Shown: positions 9,061 to 18,802 of the stretch, one piece after another
Position numbering within the stretch: the stretch's first letter is position 1
Layout: the number at the start of each line of letters is the position of its first letter
From: a virus
IMG/VR virus record: IMGVR_UViG_3300025534_000004
Span: 83,744-147,743 of that record
DNA: 64,000 bases
Reading direction: 5' to 3' (one strand)
Notes under the pieces: generated by a model
What the model was told of the DNA's origin: nothing
The model's input: only the letters and a program-made list of their open reading frames with translations
Database searches by the model: none
Position numbers and translations under genes: made by a program

Positions 9061-9324
9061 ATGACGACGCTGCGCACCGAGGAGGATGATCTCGCGCTGA
9101 TGGACATGGCACGCCCCATCGCCGCCGCCGAGGTCATGCAGATCATCCGGTCTCCCGATCCAGTCACCGCCCTCGCCCGGCACCTATTGCTGCGCGACCG
9201 GGGCGGCGAGAAAGCGCGGGTCCATGCCCGAGCAGTCTACCGCCTGAGTGGCAAGAGCGCAGAGGAAGCGCAGGCTATCGTCGAAAATCTCACCACCACC
9301 TTCATGGCCGAAGGAGGCCGCTGA
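9061..9324 (+). CDS. hypothetical protein
   Basis: ORF in operon. Confidence 0.5.
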   Translation: MTTLRTEEDDLALMDMARPIAAAEVMQIIRSPDPVTALARHLLLRDRGGEKARVHARAVYRLSGKSAEEAQAIVENLTTTFMAEGGR

Positions 9325-9540
9325 ATGTCCCAAGCCGCCGCTCCCGAGATCGACGTGGAAGTTTCCAACCACGGCTCAGTCATCATGGTCCGACCGGTCA
9401 CACAGGCCGCCAAGGACTGGGTTGAGGCAAATGTCTCCCTTGAGGGCTGGCAGTGGTTCGGCGGCGCCTTCGCGGTCGAACCCCGTTATGCCGACGCCTT
9501 GATCGAAGGGATGCAGGGCGACGGCCTCATGGTCCATTGA
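9325..9540 (+). CDS. hypothetical protein
   Basis: AAGGAGG RBS. Confidence 0.65.
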   Translation: MSQAAAPEIDVEVSNHGSVIMVRPVTQAAKDWVEANVSLEGWQWFGGAFAVEPRYADALIEGMQGDGLMVH

Positions 9541-9953
9541 GCCATTGCTCCAAGACACGCCATGAGCCATCATGGCGCGGTCGGAGCATGGCATCTCCGA
9601 TCAGTGTTGGCATGTTCTTGCCCCCGTCGTAACGCGACGGGGGGGCTTTTTCCTGATATCCTCCCGGCCATGAATGACCGAGGTCCCGGTTGGTCACATC
9701 ATGCGCCTCTCCGGATGGCCTTTGATCATCGAACGTCTGTTCTCCGTTGGCAAGAAGATACAGCGACGCAAACTTTTGACGGCCTCATCCGGCCATGAAC
9801 GGCCGGGCTTGTGGCTGTTCAATGATCACTGGGGTCGTCCCGGCGCGCCTATGGGACCACTGCGCCTTTGCCGCTCGCAGCGGCCTGAACCAAACAATAA
9901 TTTGACGAACCGAGTTCCTGTGGTATACCGGTGCCAACAGGAAAGGACGCTTC

Positions 9954-10490
9954 ATGGAGCAGCAGGACCCTATCCCGGAGGAGCCCCGCCGCCTTTATCT
10001 GGCCTATGGCTCGAACCTCAACCTCGCCCAGATGGAGATGCGCTGCCCGACGGCCATCCCCGTGCGGCGGCTGATGATCCGTGGATGGGCGCTGGTGTTC
10101 CGCGAATTCCTCGACATCGAGCCACGCGAGGGCTCCTGCGTCTATGGCGCCCTCTACAGCGTCACCGCCGAGGACGAGAAGGCGCTGGACCTCTATGAGG
10201 GCGTGCGGCACGGCTTCTACCGTCAGGTCGAATTCCGGATCAAGAGCACCGGGGAGACCGCGTTCTTCTACCGGATGAACGAGGGTGGCTACGAGGCGCC
10301 TCCCGCCCCCTACTACTACAACATCTGCAAGCAGGGGTTCCGCGACTGGAAGCTGCCTCTCAACGCGCTGTCGGCGGCGCTCGAAAGCGCCTACAACTTC
10401 ACGCAGCAGGAGGTGCTGTCCCCGGCCCTGCGCCGCCCCGCCCGGCGGCGCCGGAGCCGCAGCCCGGTGGTCCCGACGATCATCCGCTAG
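9954..10490 (+). CDS. gamma-glutamylcyclotransferase (AIG2-like)
   Basis: YLAYGSNLNLAQMEMRCP, VYGALY, LDLYEGV..FY. Confidence 0.9.
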   Translation: MEQQDPIPEEPRRLYLAYGSNLNLAQMEMRCPTAIPVRRLMIRGWALVFREFLDIEPREGSCVYGALYSVTAEDEKALDLYEGVRHGFYRQVEFRIKSTGETAFFYRMNEGGYEAPPAPYYYNICKQGFRDWKLPLNALSAALESAYNFTQQEVLSPALRRPARRRRSRSPVVPTIIR

Positions 10491-11246
10491 GCGGCGAACT
10501 CGCAGCAGAACGCGCGCCTGAACTCCGGCTGCCCGAGCGTGCCCTGCATCCTGCTCTCGAACGCCTCATCGCATTCGGGATGCAGGAAGTAGGGCAGCAT
10601 CATCCGGCCCCAATCGCCTGATGTCGTTCCAGAGCCGATAGAACAGCCCCTTCGGCCGGTTCGGGGCGCTGGCGAGGATCGCCCGGCCGCCGAACGCTAA
10701 GCTGGGGGCGAGCATCGTCCACATCTCATGGGCGTTGTGGTGCGGAATGAAGGCGGCATTGTCTATCATCAGCAGGTTGATCGCCATGCCGCGCACGGCG
10801 GCCCCGGACGCCTCGTGGATGATGATCCGCGAAACGCCCTCAAAGAGCACGTAGTCCTCGCGCACAGTGATCACGTCCCTCTGCCGCTGCTTGGCAAACC
10901 GGAGGACGGCTTCGGCCAATCCGGAGGTGAACCGGTCGGTCAGCATCAGCAACGTCTCGTTGGCCCTGCTGCGGGCGTAGTGGACCGCATAGGCGGCCAG
11001 CAAGGAGGTCGTGCCCATCCGGCGCGCCGCGTTCACCAGCAGCCGGGGACACCGTTCGAAAGCGTGGACAAGATCGCGCTGGAAATCATATAGGCGGAAT
11101 GCGACCTTGCCGCGCACCGGATGCGGCAACCGCATCTGCTGGATGGCATAGTGGGCCGGGGTGTCGTCGGGATGCGCGCCTCTGATCGGGACGCGGCCGT
11201 CGCGCAGACATCCCTCAATCTGGCTGACGAGCCTGAACACCTTCAT
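10487..11246 (-). pseudogene. terminase large-subunit ATPase-like paralog, catalytically degenerate, with frameshift near 10620
   Basis: HPVRGKVAFRLYDFQ, AARRMGTT (Walker A K absent), LLMIDNAAFI (Walker B E absent); shifted frame continues to FRRAFCCEFAA*. Confidence 0.75.
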
Positions 11247-11283
11247 TGGCGCTTGCCGTCTTGGGTGCGATGGCGAACGCGAT

Positions 11284-11718
11284 ATGAAGCACCCGGTCGC
11301 GCAGATCGTCCTTTTCCAAAACTCACATCCTCAAATCGCTTTCGTTCGGCTGCCGGGCACCTCGCTTCCGGGCGGCAACGCGCCATCTTATCGACGGTAT
11401 TATTGCGTTCGCAAGCACCGATTTGATATGGTACAAACCTCATTTGAGGAAGCCATACCGATGCCGCCAGACGATCTCCCCATCGTGCGGTCCCTGACGC
11501 CGCCGGGCTTTTGGATCGGGAACGTGTTCTATTCGGATACGCTCGCGGAGCGAATCCTGTCGCATTGGTCCGATGGGCCGACGCCGCAATATCCGGACCT
11601 GACCATCCACCGCTCGCCGGACCTCTACACCTACGATCCGGGCACCTTCCGCTTCTACCTCGACGACAGCGCCCTGTTGCCCTGCGACACCGAGCCCGGC
11701 GAGGGCGACCGCCAGTGA
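11284..11718 (+). CDS. hypothetical protein
   Basis: ORF overlapping next start (GTGA); true start may be 11461. Confidence 0.45.
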   Translation: MKHPVAQIVLFQNSHPQIAFVRLPGTSLPGGNAPSYRRYYCVRKHRFDMVQTSFEEAIPMPPDDLPIVRSLTPPGFWIGNVFYSDTLAERILSHWSDGPTPQYPDLTIHRSPDLYTYDPGTFRFYLDDSALLPCDTEPGEGDRQ

Positions 11719-12305
11719 TCCTCGACGATACGACGAATATGTGCCTCAGCGGCGGCGCGGATGGCGCCGATCTGATGTGGGGCATGACCGCCGGAATGGC
11801 CGGTCACAAGGTGTTCCACTGGTCCTTTAAAGGGCACCGCTCGAATGCCCCGGCCTCGGAAATCGTCGTACTGAACGACAGGCAGCTTGCCGAGGCGGAC
11901 GATTATTGCTTGCGCGCCAGCCACAGCCTCCGGCGCCGCTTCCCACCGAACTCGCTGTACGTGCGCAATCTCCTTCGCCGCAACTACTATCAGGTCGCAT
12001 GGAGCGACGCCTGCTATGCGGTCGCCAGTCTCGACGGCGCCGGGCAGGTCTCCGGCGGCACGGCGTGGGCGACGCAGATGTTCATCGACCGCCATAACGG
12101 CGCCGCCTGCCCCTGCTACCTGTTTGACCAGCAGGACGGGCGCTGGAAGGTCTGGGACGGGCCACAGGGCTGGCGGGCGATCTATGAGCCGCCGAAGCCC
12201 GTCGGCGTCTGGGCGGGCATCGGCAGCCGGGAGTTGCTCCTCGTCGGCAAACTGGCGATCCGGGTCCTCATGGGCTACCAGAAGCCGGTGGTGAAGGCGG
12301 CCTGA
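11715..12305 (+). CDS. SLOG-like nucleotide-binding protein
   Basis: SGGADGAD, LLRRNYYQV, VSGGTAWA. Confidence 0.6.
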   Translation: MILDDTTNMCLSGGADGADLMWGMTAGMAGHKVFHWSFKGHRSNAPASEIVVLNDRQLAEADDYCLRASHSLRRRFPPNSLYVRNLLRRNYYQVAWSDACYAVASLDGAGQVSGGTAWATQMFIDRHNGAACPCYLFDQQDGRWKVWDGPQGWRAIYEPPKPVGVWAGIGSRELLLVGKLAIRVLMGYQKPVVKAA

Positions 12306-12341
12306 AACGGTCGAACCGACGCGGCTGCGCCGCCAGACGCC

Positions 12342-14006
12342 TCAGCGGGCGTTCTGATCGGAGGAGCCGGAATCGCTGGTCTGCTGGCGCCCAGCCTGAT
12401 TTGGCGATGGGGCCAGCGGCCAGCCCATGAGGTCGGCGATGATGTTGTAGTAGTCGTTCGGCATGACGACATGCAAATCATCGGGCTCAAGCTTGTGCCG
12501 CAGCACATAGGTACGAAGCTGGATGCGCTGCATGTTGTTGAGGGCCAGCTTGCGGTCGTGGACAAGCTCGCCGATGGACCGCAGAAACCATGCCGGGCGC
12601 GCCTCGGAGACAACGACCAGAGCCGGTAGTATATCGAAGATGGCCGCGAAAGCCGTCAGTCCCTTCGGGGCTTCCACTGGCGTGCGCTTGCCGCTGCCCG
12701 GCGTCGCATCGGCGAACTTGCCATCATCGAGCAGCATGATGAGCTTGGTGACATACTCCTTGGCGGCAAAATTCTCGTCGGCGCCCGCCAGCACGATGTT
12801 CGCCATGTGGACGACCTGCTTGCGGATCGTGTCGAACTTCTTGTGGTAATCACGTCCGCCCATGCCCCGGAACTCGAATACGCCGTTGCCCCGGTCCCTG
12901 ATCGAGGAATACTTGTCGAAATAGTCGCGCAGCCTGTTGCCGATCTTCTTGAGGGCAGCCGTCGCCCTGCGAAGGTCGTTCCCTGACACGACCGTGCGGT
13001 AGTCCATCGGGGTGTCGGCCTCGATCCTGAGGATCATGCGCAGCGCGTCGATGAGGCGGTTGCGCATCGGCTTCGTGTACATGTTTTTCAGGCGGCCGAA
13101 CAATTGGGCGGCGTGGTTCTCGTCGAACAGGACCAGCATCTTGAGGAAGTCGTAATCCTCCGCGCCCTTGCCCTCCATGCTGATGTTGATGTGCAGGCCG
13201 GTGGAGTTGTCGGTCGAGTGGCCTTGGCGCTCCATCCAGTCGAACAGCGCGCGCAACTTTTCAAGGCCCTCGCCGACCGGGTACACCGCGCTCACCACCT
13301 CGGCGGGAATGCCCTCGCCATCATCCGTGATCGAGGCGTCGGGCTCGACATACCACAGGTTCTCGCTCTTGTTGTTGCTGTGGTATTCGTCGTTGACCTC
13401 CACATCGGCGCCGACGACGTGCCTGAGTTCCGAGGCCACTTCCTCGTGCGCGGCCTCGCTGCTCGCCTCCCGGTAGTCCTCGGTGTAGATATAGCCGTCA
13501 CGATTCCAGCCGTAGATCGGCTGGATGTCCATCTGCCGCATGAAGCTGGTGTTGGAGCCGTAGATTTCCGCGATGAAATCATCCATGTCGTAGCGGCGTT
13601 CAAAGTCGGCGGTATTTTCTTCAACGAAATCCGCGTAAGCATCATCCTCGTGCTCCGCGATGATCTCGTCCGCGTCCTCCTCCTCGTCATCAGAATCGAG
13701 CAGACCGTACCGCTCGCACCATTCGCGGGTATATTCGTCCTTCTTCTCGCCCCATTCCTCGTCAAGCTTCTGAAAGATGTACTCGCTGAATGCCTCGTTG
13801 ACAGCGGACTGCCGGTATTCGACGTAATCCCGAAGCTCGGACCATCGCAGGCTGTCCGGGTCCACCGGGGAGCCGTCGCGTGCCTCGCCTTCGACAGCAA
13901 GCATCATCTCGCACTCGAAGCCGATCCGAAGCGAGGGATGCTTGAGGATGTTGTTGAATTCGCTACGCGTCGCTTGCAGTTCGCGGAGGATTTCACGGGC
14001 CTTCAT
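12342..14006 (-). CDS. putative amidoligase (COOH-NH2 ligase type 2) with acidic insert
   Basis: IGFECEM, WYVEPDASI, EVVS, STGLHINIS, FEFRGMG; TAAATA at 14038-14043. Confidence 0.8.
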   Translation of the reverse strand: MKAREILRELQATRSEFNNILKHPSLRIGFECEMMLAVEGEARDGSPVDPDSLRWSELRDYVEYRQSAVNEAFSEYIFQKLDEEWGEKKDEYTREWCERYGLLDSDDEEEDADEIIAEHEDDAYADFVEENTADFERRYDMDDFIAEIYGSNTSFMRQMDIQPIYGWNRDGYIYTEDYREASSEAAHEEVASELRHVVGADVEVNDEYHSNNKSENLWYVEPDASITDDGEGIPAEVVSAVYPVGEGLEKLRALFDWMERQGHSTDNSTGLHINISMEGKGAEDYDFLKMLVLFDENHAAQLFGRLKNMYTKPMRNRLIDALRMILRIEADTPMDYRTVVSGNDLRRATAALKKIGNRLRDYFDKYSSIRDRGNGVFEFRGMGGRDYHKKFDTIRKQVVHMANIVLAGADENFAAKEYVTKLIMLLDDGKFADATPGSGKRTPVEAPKGLTAFAAIFDILPALVVVSEARPAWFLRSIGELVHDRKLALNNMQRIQLRTYVLRHKLEPDDLHVVMPNDYYNIIADLMGWPLAPSPNQAGRQQTSDSGSSDQNAR

Positions 14007-14059
14007 AAGCGGGTTTTCAACAGAATTGTTGACCCGCTATTTAGCCTCCGCGCGTCGCG

Positions 14060-15826
14060 TCATAGCCGCCGGGACAACGACGGGTCCGGAAACATGTCCT
14101 GCTGATATTGTCCGTACCGCTGCCAGTCCCGCGCACGCTCCTCGAAATCGTCCTCAGCGCCTTTGTCATCATCGGCATACGGGTACCCGCCGCGCATGGC
14201 GAAGGGGAGGACCGACTGCCGCTCGTCGTCGTTCCTGATGGCGAGGGGCCAGCCGAGTGGTCGGGCAATGGTGTTATACAGGTCATCCGGCACGACTTCG
14301 CGGAGGTCCTGCGGCGTCACGCGCATACGCACAGTGTAGGCTTTAAGCTGGTGAACCTGCTGGGGAGTGAGGCGGGTTTTGGATTTCATGATGACCCGAC
14401 CGAGACTCGTCAGGAATTCGAGCGGCTTCTGATAAAGCGTGATGATCTCCCCATACCCCGCCAGCAGCCGAGCGAAGGACGAAAGCTGGGGCGGAAGTTC
14501 GGCCTTCACATTGGCATCGTCATATCTCCGCGCGGAGAGAATGGCGTAGACCTTTGAGATGTACTCCTTGGCGAGGAGCTTCGGGTCGGAGCCGATGCGC
14601 ATGATGTAGGCCATATTGACGACCCGCTTGCGGATATCCTCGAAGTGGCTTTCGTAATCCTCGTTCCCCATGGAGCGGAACTCGAACACGCCGTTCTGGC
14701 GGGAATGGATGGACCAGTACTTGTCGAAGCTTTCCTCTAAGGCGCGGCCGAGCTTCTTGAGCCCGGCGAGCGCCGTGTCGAGGTTGCGACCACTCATGAT
14801 CTGATGCGGGTCGAGCGAGCGAGCACCCAACTGGTCGAATTGAGCCGCAATCTTGCCGAACAAAAGGGTACGCATCTGCTCGGCGTAGGTGTTGCCGAGG
14901 CGCTTGAACAACGACGCGACATATTTCTCGTCGTGGAAGATGATCATCTTGAGGAAGTCGTAGTCCTCCGCGCCCTTGCCTTGAATGCTCAGGTTGATAT
15001 GCAGGCCGGTAGATTCGTTCGTCCGGTGCCCATTTTCGTCCATCCAGTCGAACAGGCGCTTCATGGCGATCAGCCCGTCCTCAAGTTGGTAGACCGAACT
15101 AACGACCTCGCCAGCCGTCCCATTCTCATCATCGTCGATGGAATTGTCAGGCTCGACATACCAAGAATGCTCGGCCTTCTTGGTACCGTGGTACTTGTCG
15201 TTGACGGACACGCTCACGCCAATCTGGTCGCGCAGGCTTTCGGCGATCTCCTCGTAAACCTCGGACCTGCTAATCCCATCTTCGGTATAGATACGGAAGC
15301 CTTCCTCGTCCCAGCCGTAAAGCGGTGAGATAATGAATTCCTGCATCACGCGGGTGTTGGAGCCGTATTCCTCGGCGATCCAGTCATCCATGTCATACTT
15401 GTCGAGGATGGAAGGTTCCTTCTTGAACAGCCATTGCTCGCGGGCTTCGTCGCGGTACTTATCGAGTGTCCCCTCCTCATCAATGATGTTGCCGTCATCA
15501 TCCCGCTCGAACAGATCATTATCCTCGCAATACTGCCGGATGTACTCATCCTCCTGCTCGCGCCACGCCTCATCGACTTTCCTGATAAGCCATTCATCAA
15601 AGGCTTCGGCAACGCTCGACGTGACGCGGTCGCTCATGTCGAGATATTCGGTCAATTGCTCCCATTTATACTCGTCAGGGTCGATGGTTTCCCTGTTGCC
15701 TTTGGATGGGATGTCGAACACCATCTCGCATTCGAACCCCATGCGAATAGCGGGGTCCTTGGTGATCTTGTTGAACTGGCTGCGGGGGACGTTGACTTCT
15801 TGCAGGGCGATTTCGCGGTAGCGCAT
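14060..15826 (-). CDS. putative amidoligase, tandem paralog
   Basis: MGFECEM, WYVEPDNSI, STGLHINLS, FEFRSMG; TAAATA at 15858-15863. Confidence 0.8.
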   Translation of the reverse strand: MRYREIALQEVNVPRSQFNKITKDPAIRMGFECEMVFDIPSKGNRETIDPDEYKWEQLTEYLDMSDRVTSSVAEAFDEWLIRKVDEAWREQEDEYIRQYCEDNDLFERDDDGNIIDEEGTLDKYRDEAREQWLFKKEPSILDKYDMDDWIAEEYGSNTRVMQEFIISPLYGWDEEGFRIYTEDGISRSEVYEEIAESLRDQIGVSVSVNDKYHGTKKAEHSWYVEPDNSIDDDENGTAGEVVSSVYQLEDGLIAMKRLFDWMDENGHRTNESTGLHINLSIQGKGAEDYDFLKMIIFHDEKYVASLFKRLGNTYAEQMRTLLFGKIAAQFDQLGARSLDPHQIMSGRNLDTALAGLKKLGRALEESFDKYWSIHSRQNGVFEFRSMGNEDYESHFEDIRKRVVNMAYIMRIGSDPKLLAKEYISKVYAILSARRYDDANVKAELPPQLSSFARLLAGYGEIITLYQKPLEFLTSLGRVIMKSKTRLTPQQVHQLKAYTVRMRVTPQDLREVVPDDLYNTIARPLGWPLAIRNDDERQSVLPFAMRGGYPYADDDKGAEDDFEERARDWQRYGQYQQDMFPDPSLSRRL

Positions 15827-15919
15827 CGTAGGACAGGCCGTGTATTATGTGGCCTGCTATTTAGGTTTTCGCGCTTCGCGCATGACCTGCCACGCCGCGC
15901 CTTCTCGGCAGCGGGACAG

Positions 15920-16174
15920 CTATGCTTGATCCGAGCCCGGCATCCAGAAGGTGAGGAATAGCGCGGCGTTGGCTTCGACGGTGAAGGAGAGCTTATGATG
16001 GCTGATCCTGCGGGAGCGGCCGTTGAAGGACGCGAAGTGAACCTTTCGGTAGCTGTCCGGCGGCAGCGAGGACGCGCACCACTCCCGCACGGCCGCAACC
16101 TCCTCCAAGGAGGTCGCGGTCACGATGTAGGCCACCGGATCGTCAGGACCGTGCGTTGGCTTTAGAACGATCAT
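15920..16174 (-). CDS. hypothetical protein, paralog family
   Basis: VREWC ... FTVEANAALFLTFW. Confidence 0.6.
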   Translation of the reverse strand: MIVLKPTHGPDDPVAYIVTATSLEEVAAVREWCASSLPPDSYRKVHFASFNGRSRRISHHKLSFTVEANAALFLTFWMPGSDQA

Positions 16175-16559
16175 CGCAAGTCCCCGCGAAACTCGCGGAA
16201 AAGACCATTTTGAACAGAGCCGCCTTCGCCTTGTCCTCGATGAGGAGCAGATGTTCGCCGGAACCCGCCGAGGCGCCCCAAAACATGGCGAACCATATCC
16301 TCCCGTGCGGGCCGCAATTATCCGCAAGCCAGCGGCGGACCACCTTCCACTCGGCGGCCTCGTTCCACCGGATGCTGAACTGCCACCCTCCCCCGCCCCT
16401 GACGGGCTCCATCTCCCAGATGGTCAGCACGGCGTACCCCGCCGTGCCGCACCGGCCCATGCCCTGTCGGGGCGCACGCAGCGCATCACCGGTACGCAGT
16501 CTCGTGCAGACGACTGTTCTCGCGGCGAACGCGAGCGGGGTGTCCCGTGATGAACTCAC
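16143..16559 (-). CDS. hypothetical protein, paralog family
   Basis: RRWLADNCG ... IEDKAKAALFKMVF; start uncertain. Confidence 0.5.
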   Translation of the reverse strand: MSSSRDTPLAFAARTVVCTRLRTGDALRAPRQGMGRCGTAGYAVLTIWEMEPVRGGGGWQFSIRWNEAAEWKVVRRWLADNCGPHGRIWFAMFWGASAGSGEHLLLIEDKAKAALFKMVFSASFAGTCDDRSKANARS

Positions 16560-16950
16560 CCACTATGGCATTGGCGTCGCCGAGCCGGACCCAGAACCGC
16601 ACTGCCCCGTTGGCGAAAGTGCCCTTCGCACTCGGTTTCTTCCACGGCAGCAGCCGCTCGTCCGGGCTGTCGATGATCAGAAAAGTGATGCTGTCGAATG
16701 CCTCTTGCCCCTTGCGGAGATAGATGCGGTCCACCTGCAAGACGGTCCCCGGCTCCAATGTGTACATATCGAAGCGGCCACAATCGTCGCCATAGGGGAG
16801 GTCCCGCCAAGAGACTTGGATGCCGAGCGCCCAGAACAGGCTTGCATTGCGGTATTCGCCGTAGGCGCGGAAGCGCCAGCCATCGAGCAGGCGCAGTTGC
16901 GTTCCAATCGTCGGGAAAAATACGTTCATCGAAATGACCGTCGTGTGCAA
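16486..16950 (-). CDS. hypothetical phage protein
   Basis: GTVLQVDRIYLRKG..FDSITF..VRFWVRLGDAN. Confidence 0.65.
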   Translation of the reverse strand: MHTTVISMNVFFPTIGTQLRLLDGWRFRAYGEYRNASLFWALGIQVSWRDLPYGDDCGRFDMYTLEPGTVLQVDRIYLRKGQEAFDSITFLIIDSPDERLLPWKKPSAKGTFANGAVRFWVRLGDANAIVGEFITGHPARVRRENSRLHETAYR

Positions 16951-17046
16951 ACGCGGCGACGCTACCGCACCGTTGGAATGTCGTCAACTGACCCGAAATG
17001 AAGTGGGAGGCGCATAAATAGTTTTTGGAAACCGCATTCCGTCGTC

Positions 17047-17712
17047 ATGTTGCCCTTGGCACCAAAATCCCTGCACCGCGTTGAAATGCCCGATTCTCAC
17101 CGGTTCTGGGCGTGGTTCGGGGCTTCGAAGGTGGTGGATGCGCGGCAGGAACCGCTGGTCTGCTATCACGGCACACACGGACAGCCGAATTTCGGGCCTC
17201 TCACGCGGTTCGGGACCGCCGAGGCGGCGACCGAGGGTCTGTTGCTGGCGCTGACTCCCGAGGAGCTTGAACGGCTGCTCGGCGACCCCGAGGTGACGCC
17301 CTACCTTGACCGTCTGCGGTTCCGGCGCCGGTCCGTCTGGGGCGATGGCGAGGGCTATCACCTCTACGCGCCGGGCGCGGCCATCGCCCCCTGCTACCTG
17401 CGCATCGTCCGCCCACTGGTCCTCGACGAGGACCCGTTGCTGGTGCTGCCGCCGAGGCACCTCAAGGGTATTCCCGACGAGGCCCTCGTCATCCTCCTCG
17501 CGGCGGGCTATGATTTCCGGGAACTGGTCGGGACATTCAAGGGGCAGGACCCCCGGACCGCCGTACCGGCGATGCTTCTCGCCAAAGGCTATGACGGGGT
17601 GAGTTTCCCAGACCTAGTGGAGGGCGGCGGGAGCACCGCGTGGATCATCCTCGACGCGTCGCAGGCGTGGCCGATCTATGGCAGCCGGATCACCAGCGGG
17701 GTTTCGCCTTGA
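17047..17712 (+). CDS. ADP-ribosyltransferase-like protein (late)
   Basis: WFGASKVVD..PLVCYHGT, YLRIVRPL, KGYDGV; TAAATA at 17015-17020. Confidence 0.6.
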   Translation: MLPLAPKSLHRVEMPDSHRFWAWFGASKVVDARQEPLVCYHGTHGQPNFGPLTRFGTAEAATEGLLLALTPEELERLLGDPEVTPYLDRLRFRRRSVWGDGEGYHLYAPGAAIAPCYLRIVRPLVLDEDPLLVLPPRHLKGIPDEALVILLAAGYDFRELVGTFKGQDPRTAVPAMLLAKGYDGVSFPDLVEGGGSTAWIILDASQAWPIYGSRITSGVSP

Positions 17713-18136
17713 TGACGCGTTTGACCGCTTCCGCACCTGAGGGGACGGTCCATTCCCAATACGCTTCGATCAGGTCCATGTTGCTCCGGACCCACGCACC
17801 AAGCATCTCAAGTTCGTTGAAGTCAAGTGGTTGACCAGACAATTGGATTAGCGTCGGTTCCAAGAGAAACACCAATGCCGATCTCTCGTCATATTCCGCT
17901 GTTTCGGTCAGTTCTATGACGATTTCCTGATCCGCCCGCTTTCTTATCAGCCAAACTACCCACGGAAGGCCGGTGACGCGAGGCTTTAGGCCCAACTTGA
18001 TCCGTGCAGGCGGGTCCATCGCACCGATGTCCATTTTTAAGGCATCCGTATCCTTGATGGCATGAACCATACTCCGAGAATCATCCCGAATGCGCGACCG
18101 TCGCCGGGCCATCAAGAAAAAAACATGTGGTGGCAT
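17690..18136 (-). CDS. hypothetical protein
   Basis: Lower-GC ORF; start uncertain. Confidence 0.45.
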   Translation of the reverse strand: MPPHVFFLMARRRSRIRDDSRSMVHAIKDTDALKMDIGAMDPPARIKLGLKPRVTGLPWVVWLIRKRADQEIVIELTETAEYDERSALVFLLEPTLIQLSGQPLDFNELEMLGAWVRSNMDLIEAYWEWTVPSGAEAVKRVIKAKPRW

Positions 18137-18344
18137 GGTTCCTCGGGCTCATATCGGGCTTGGTGCATTTCGTGTCAATCAGCCATCCCTATCCTAACAT
18201 CCTGTCGCATTTAGGTACGCAGGCGACAATTCGGCAACCCTGCGCATACAATGTGGTAAGTCACAAAGCCCCCTTGCCTGATGCCACAGACCGGATTATA
18301 TGGTCTGCAAAACCGAGTTTGAGAAAGTTGTTGCGAGGCATCCC

Positions 18345-18542
18345 ATGCGCACGCCCAAGCGCAAGCCAGTCCGGCCGCGCAATCCGTTTGCGTTGGCGCT
18401 CATCACCGACCCCGCATTCAGGACGAAAATCGCCAAGTCCACCGCCGAGCGCGAGGAACAGCGGGGCGGTTGGAGCCGCAAGGCCAAGCACAAGAAGGTC
18501 CTGATCTCCGTGGACGGCGACCAGCCGTCGGATGATTCCTAG
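18345..18542 (+). CDS. ArfA-like alternative ribosome-rescue peptide
   Basis: ALITDPAFRTKI...GGWSRKAKHKK vs E. coli ArfA ALLHDPLFRQRV...GSYMRKGKH. Confidence 0.6.
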   Translation: MRTPKRKPVRPRNPFALALITDPAFRTKIAKSTAEREEQRGGWSRKAKHKKVLISVDGDQPSDDS

Positions 18543-18556
18543 CAGGAAACCCCATC

Positions 18557-18802
18557 GTGACCCCCTTTGCGCGCATCCGGTCCATCCTCGCCGCTGTTTG
18601 TGGGATCGAGGACGCCTCGACCATAACCCCGTTGACTACCCTCGATGAGGACCTCGGCTTCGACGCCCTCGATTTCGGCGAGACCGCTTCTCGTATCGAG
18701 GAAGAATTTGGTATCGAAATCCCCCTCGGCGAGGAAATGGCGTGGACCAATTTGGCGTCCATCCTTGCCGATGTCGAGGCCAAGCTCCGCGAGACGCCGT
18801 GA
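18557..18802 (+). CDS. acyl carrier protein homolog lacking the phosphopantetheine Ser
   Basis: EDLGFDALDFGE..IEEEFGIEIP (canonical DLGADSLD..LEEEFGIEIP). Confidence 0.8.
   Translation: MTPFARIRSILAAVCGIEDASTITPLTTLDEDLGFDALDFGETASRIEEEFGIEIPLGEEMAWTNLASILADVEAKLRETP

Noticed and set aside
10487-11246. The phage's functional terminase
   Set aside because: No nuclease domain, degenerate Walker motifs, and not in a packaging module.
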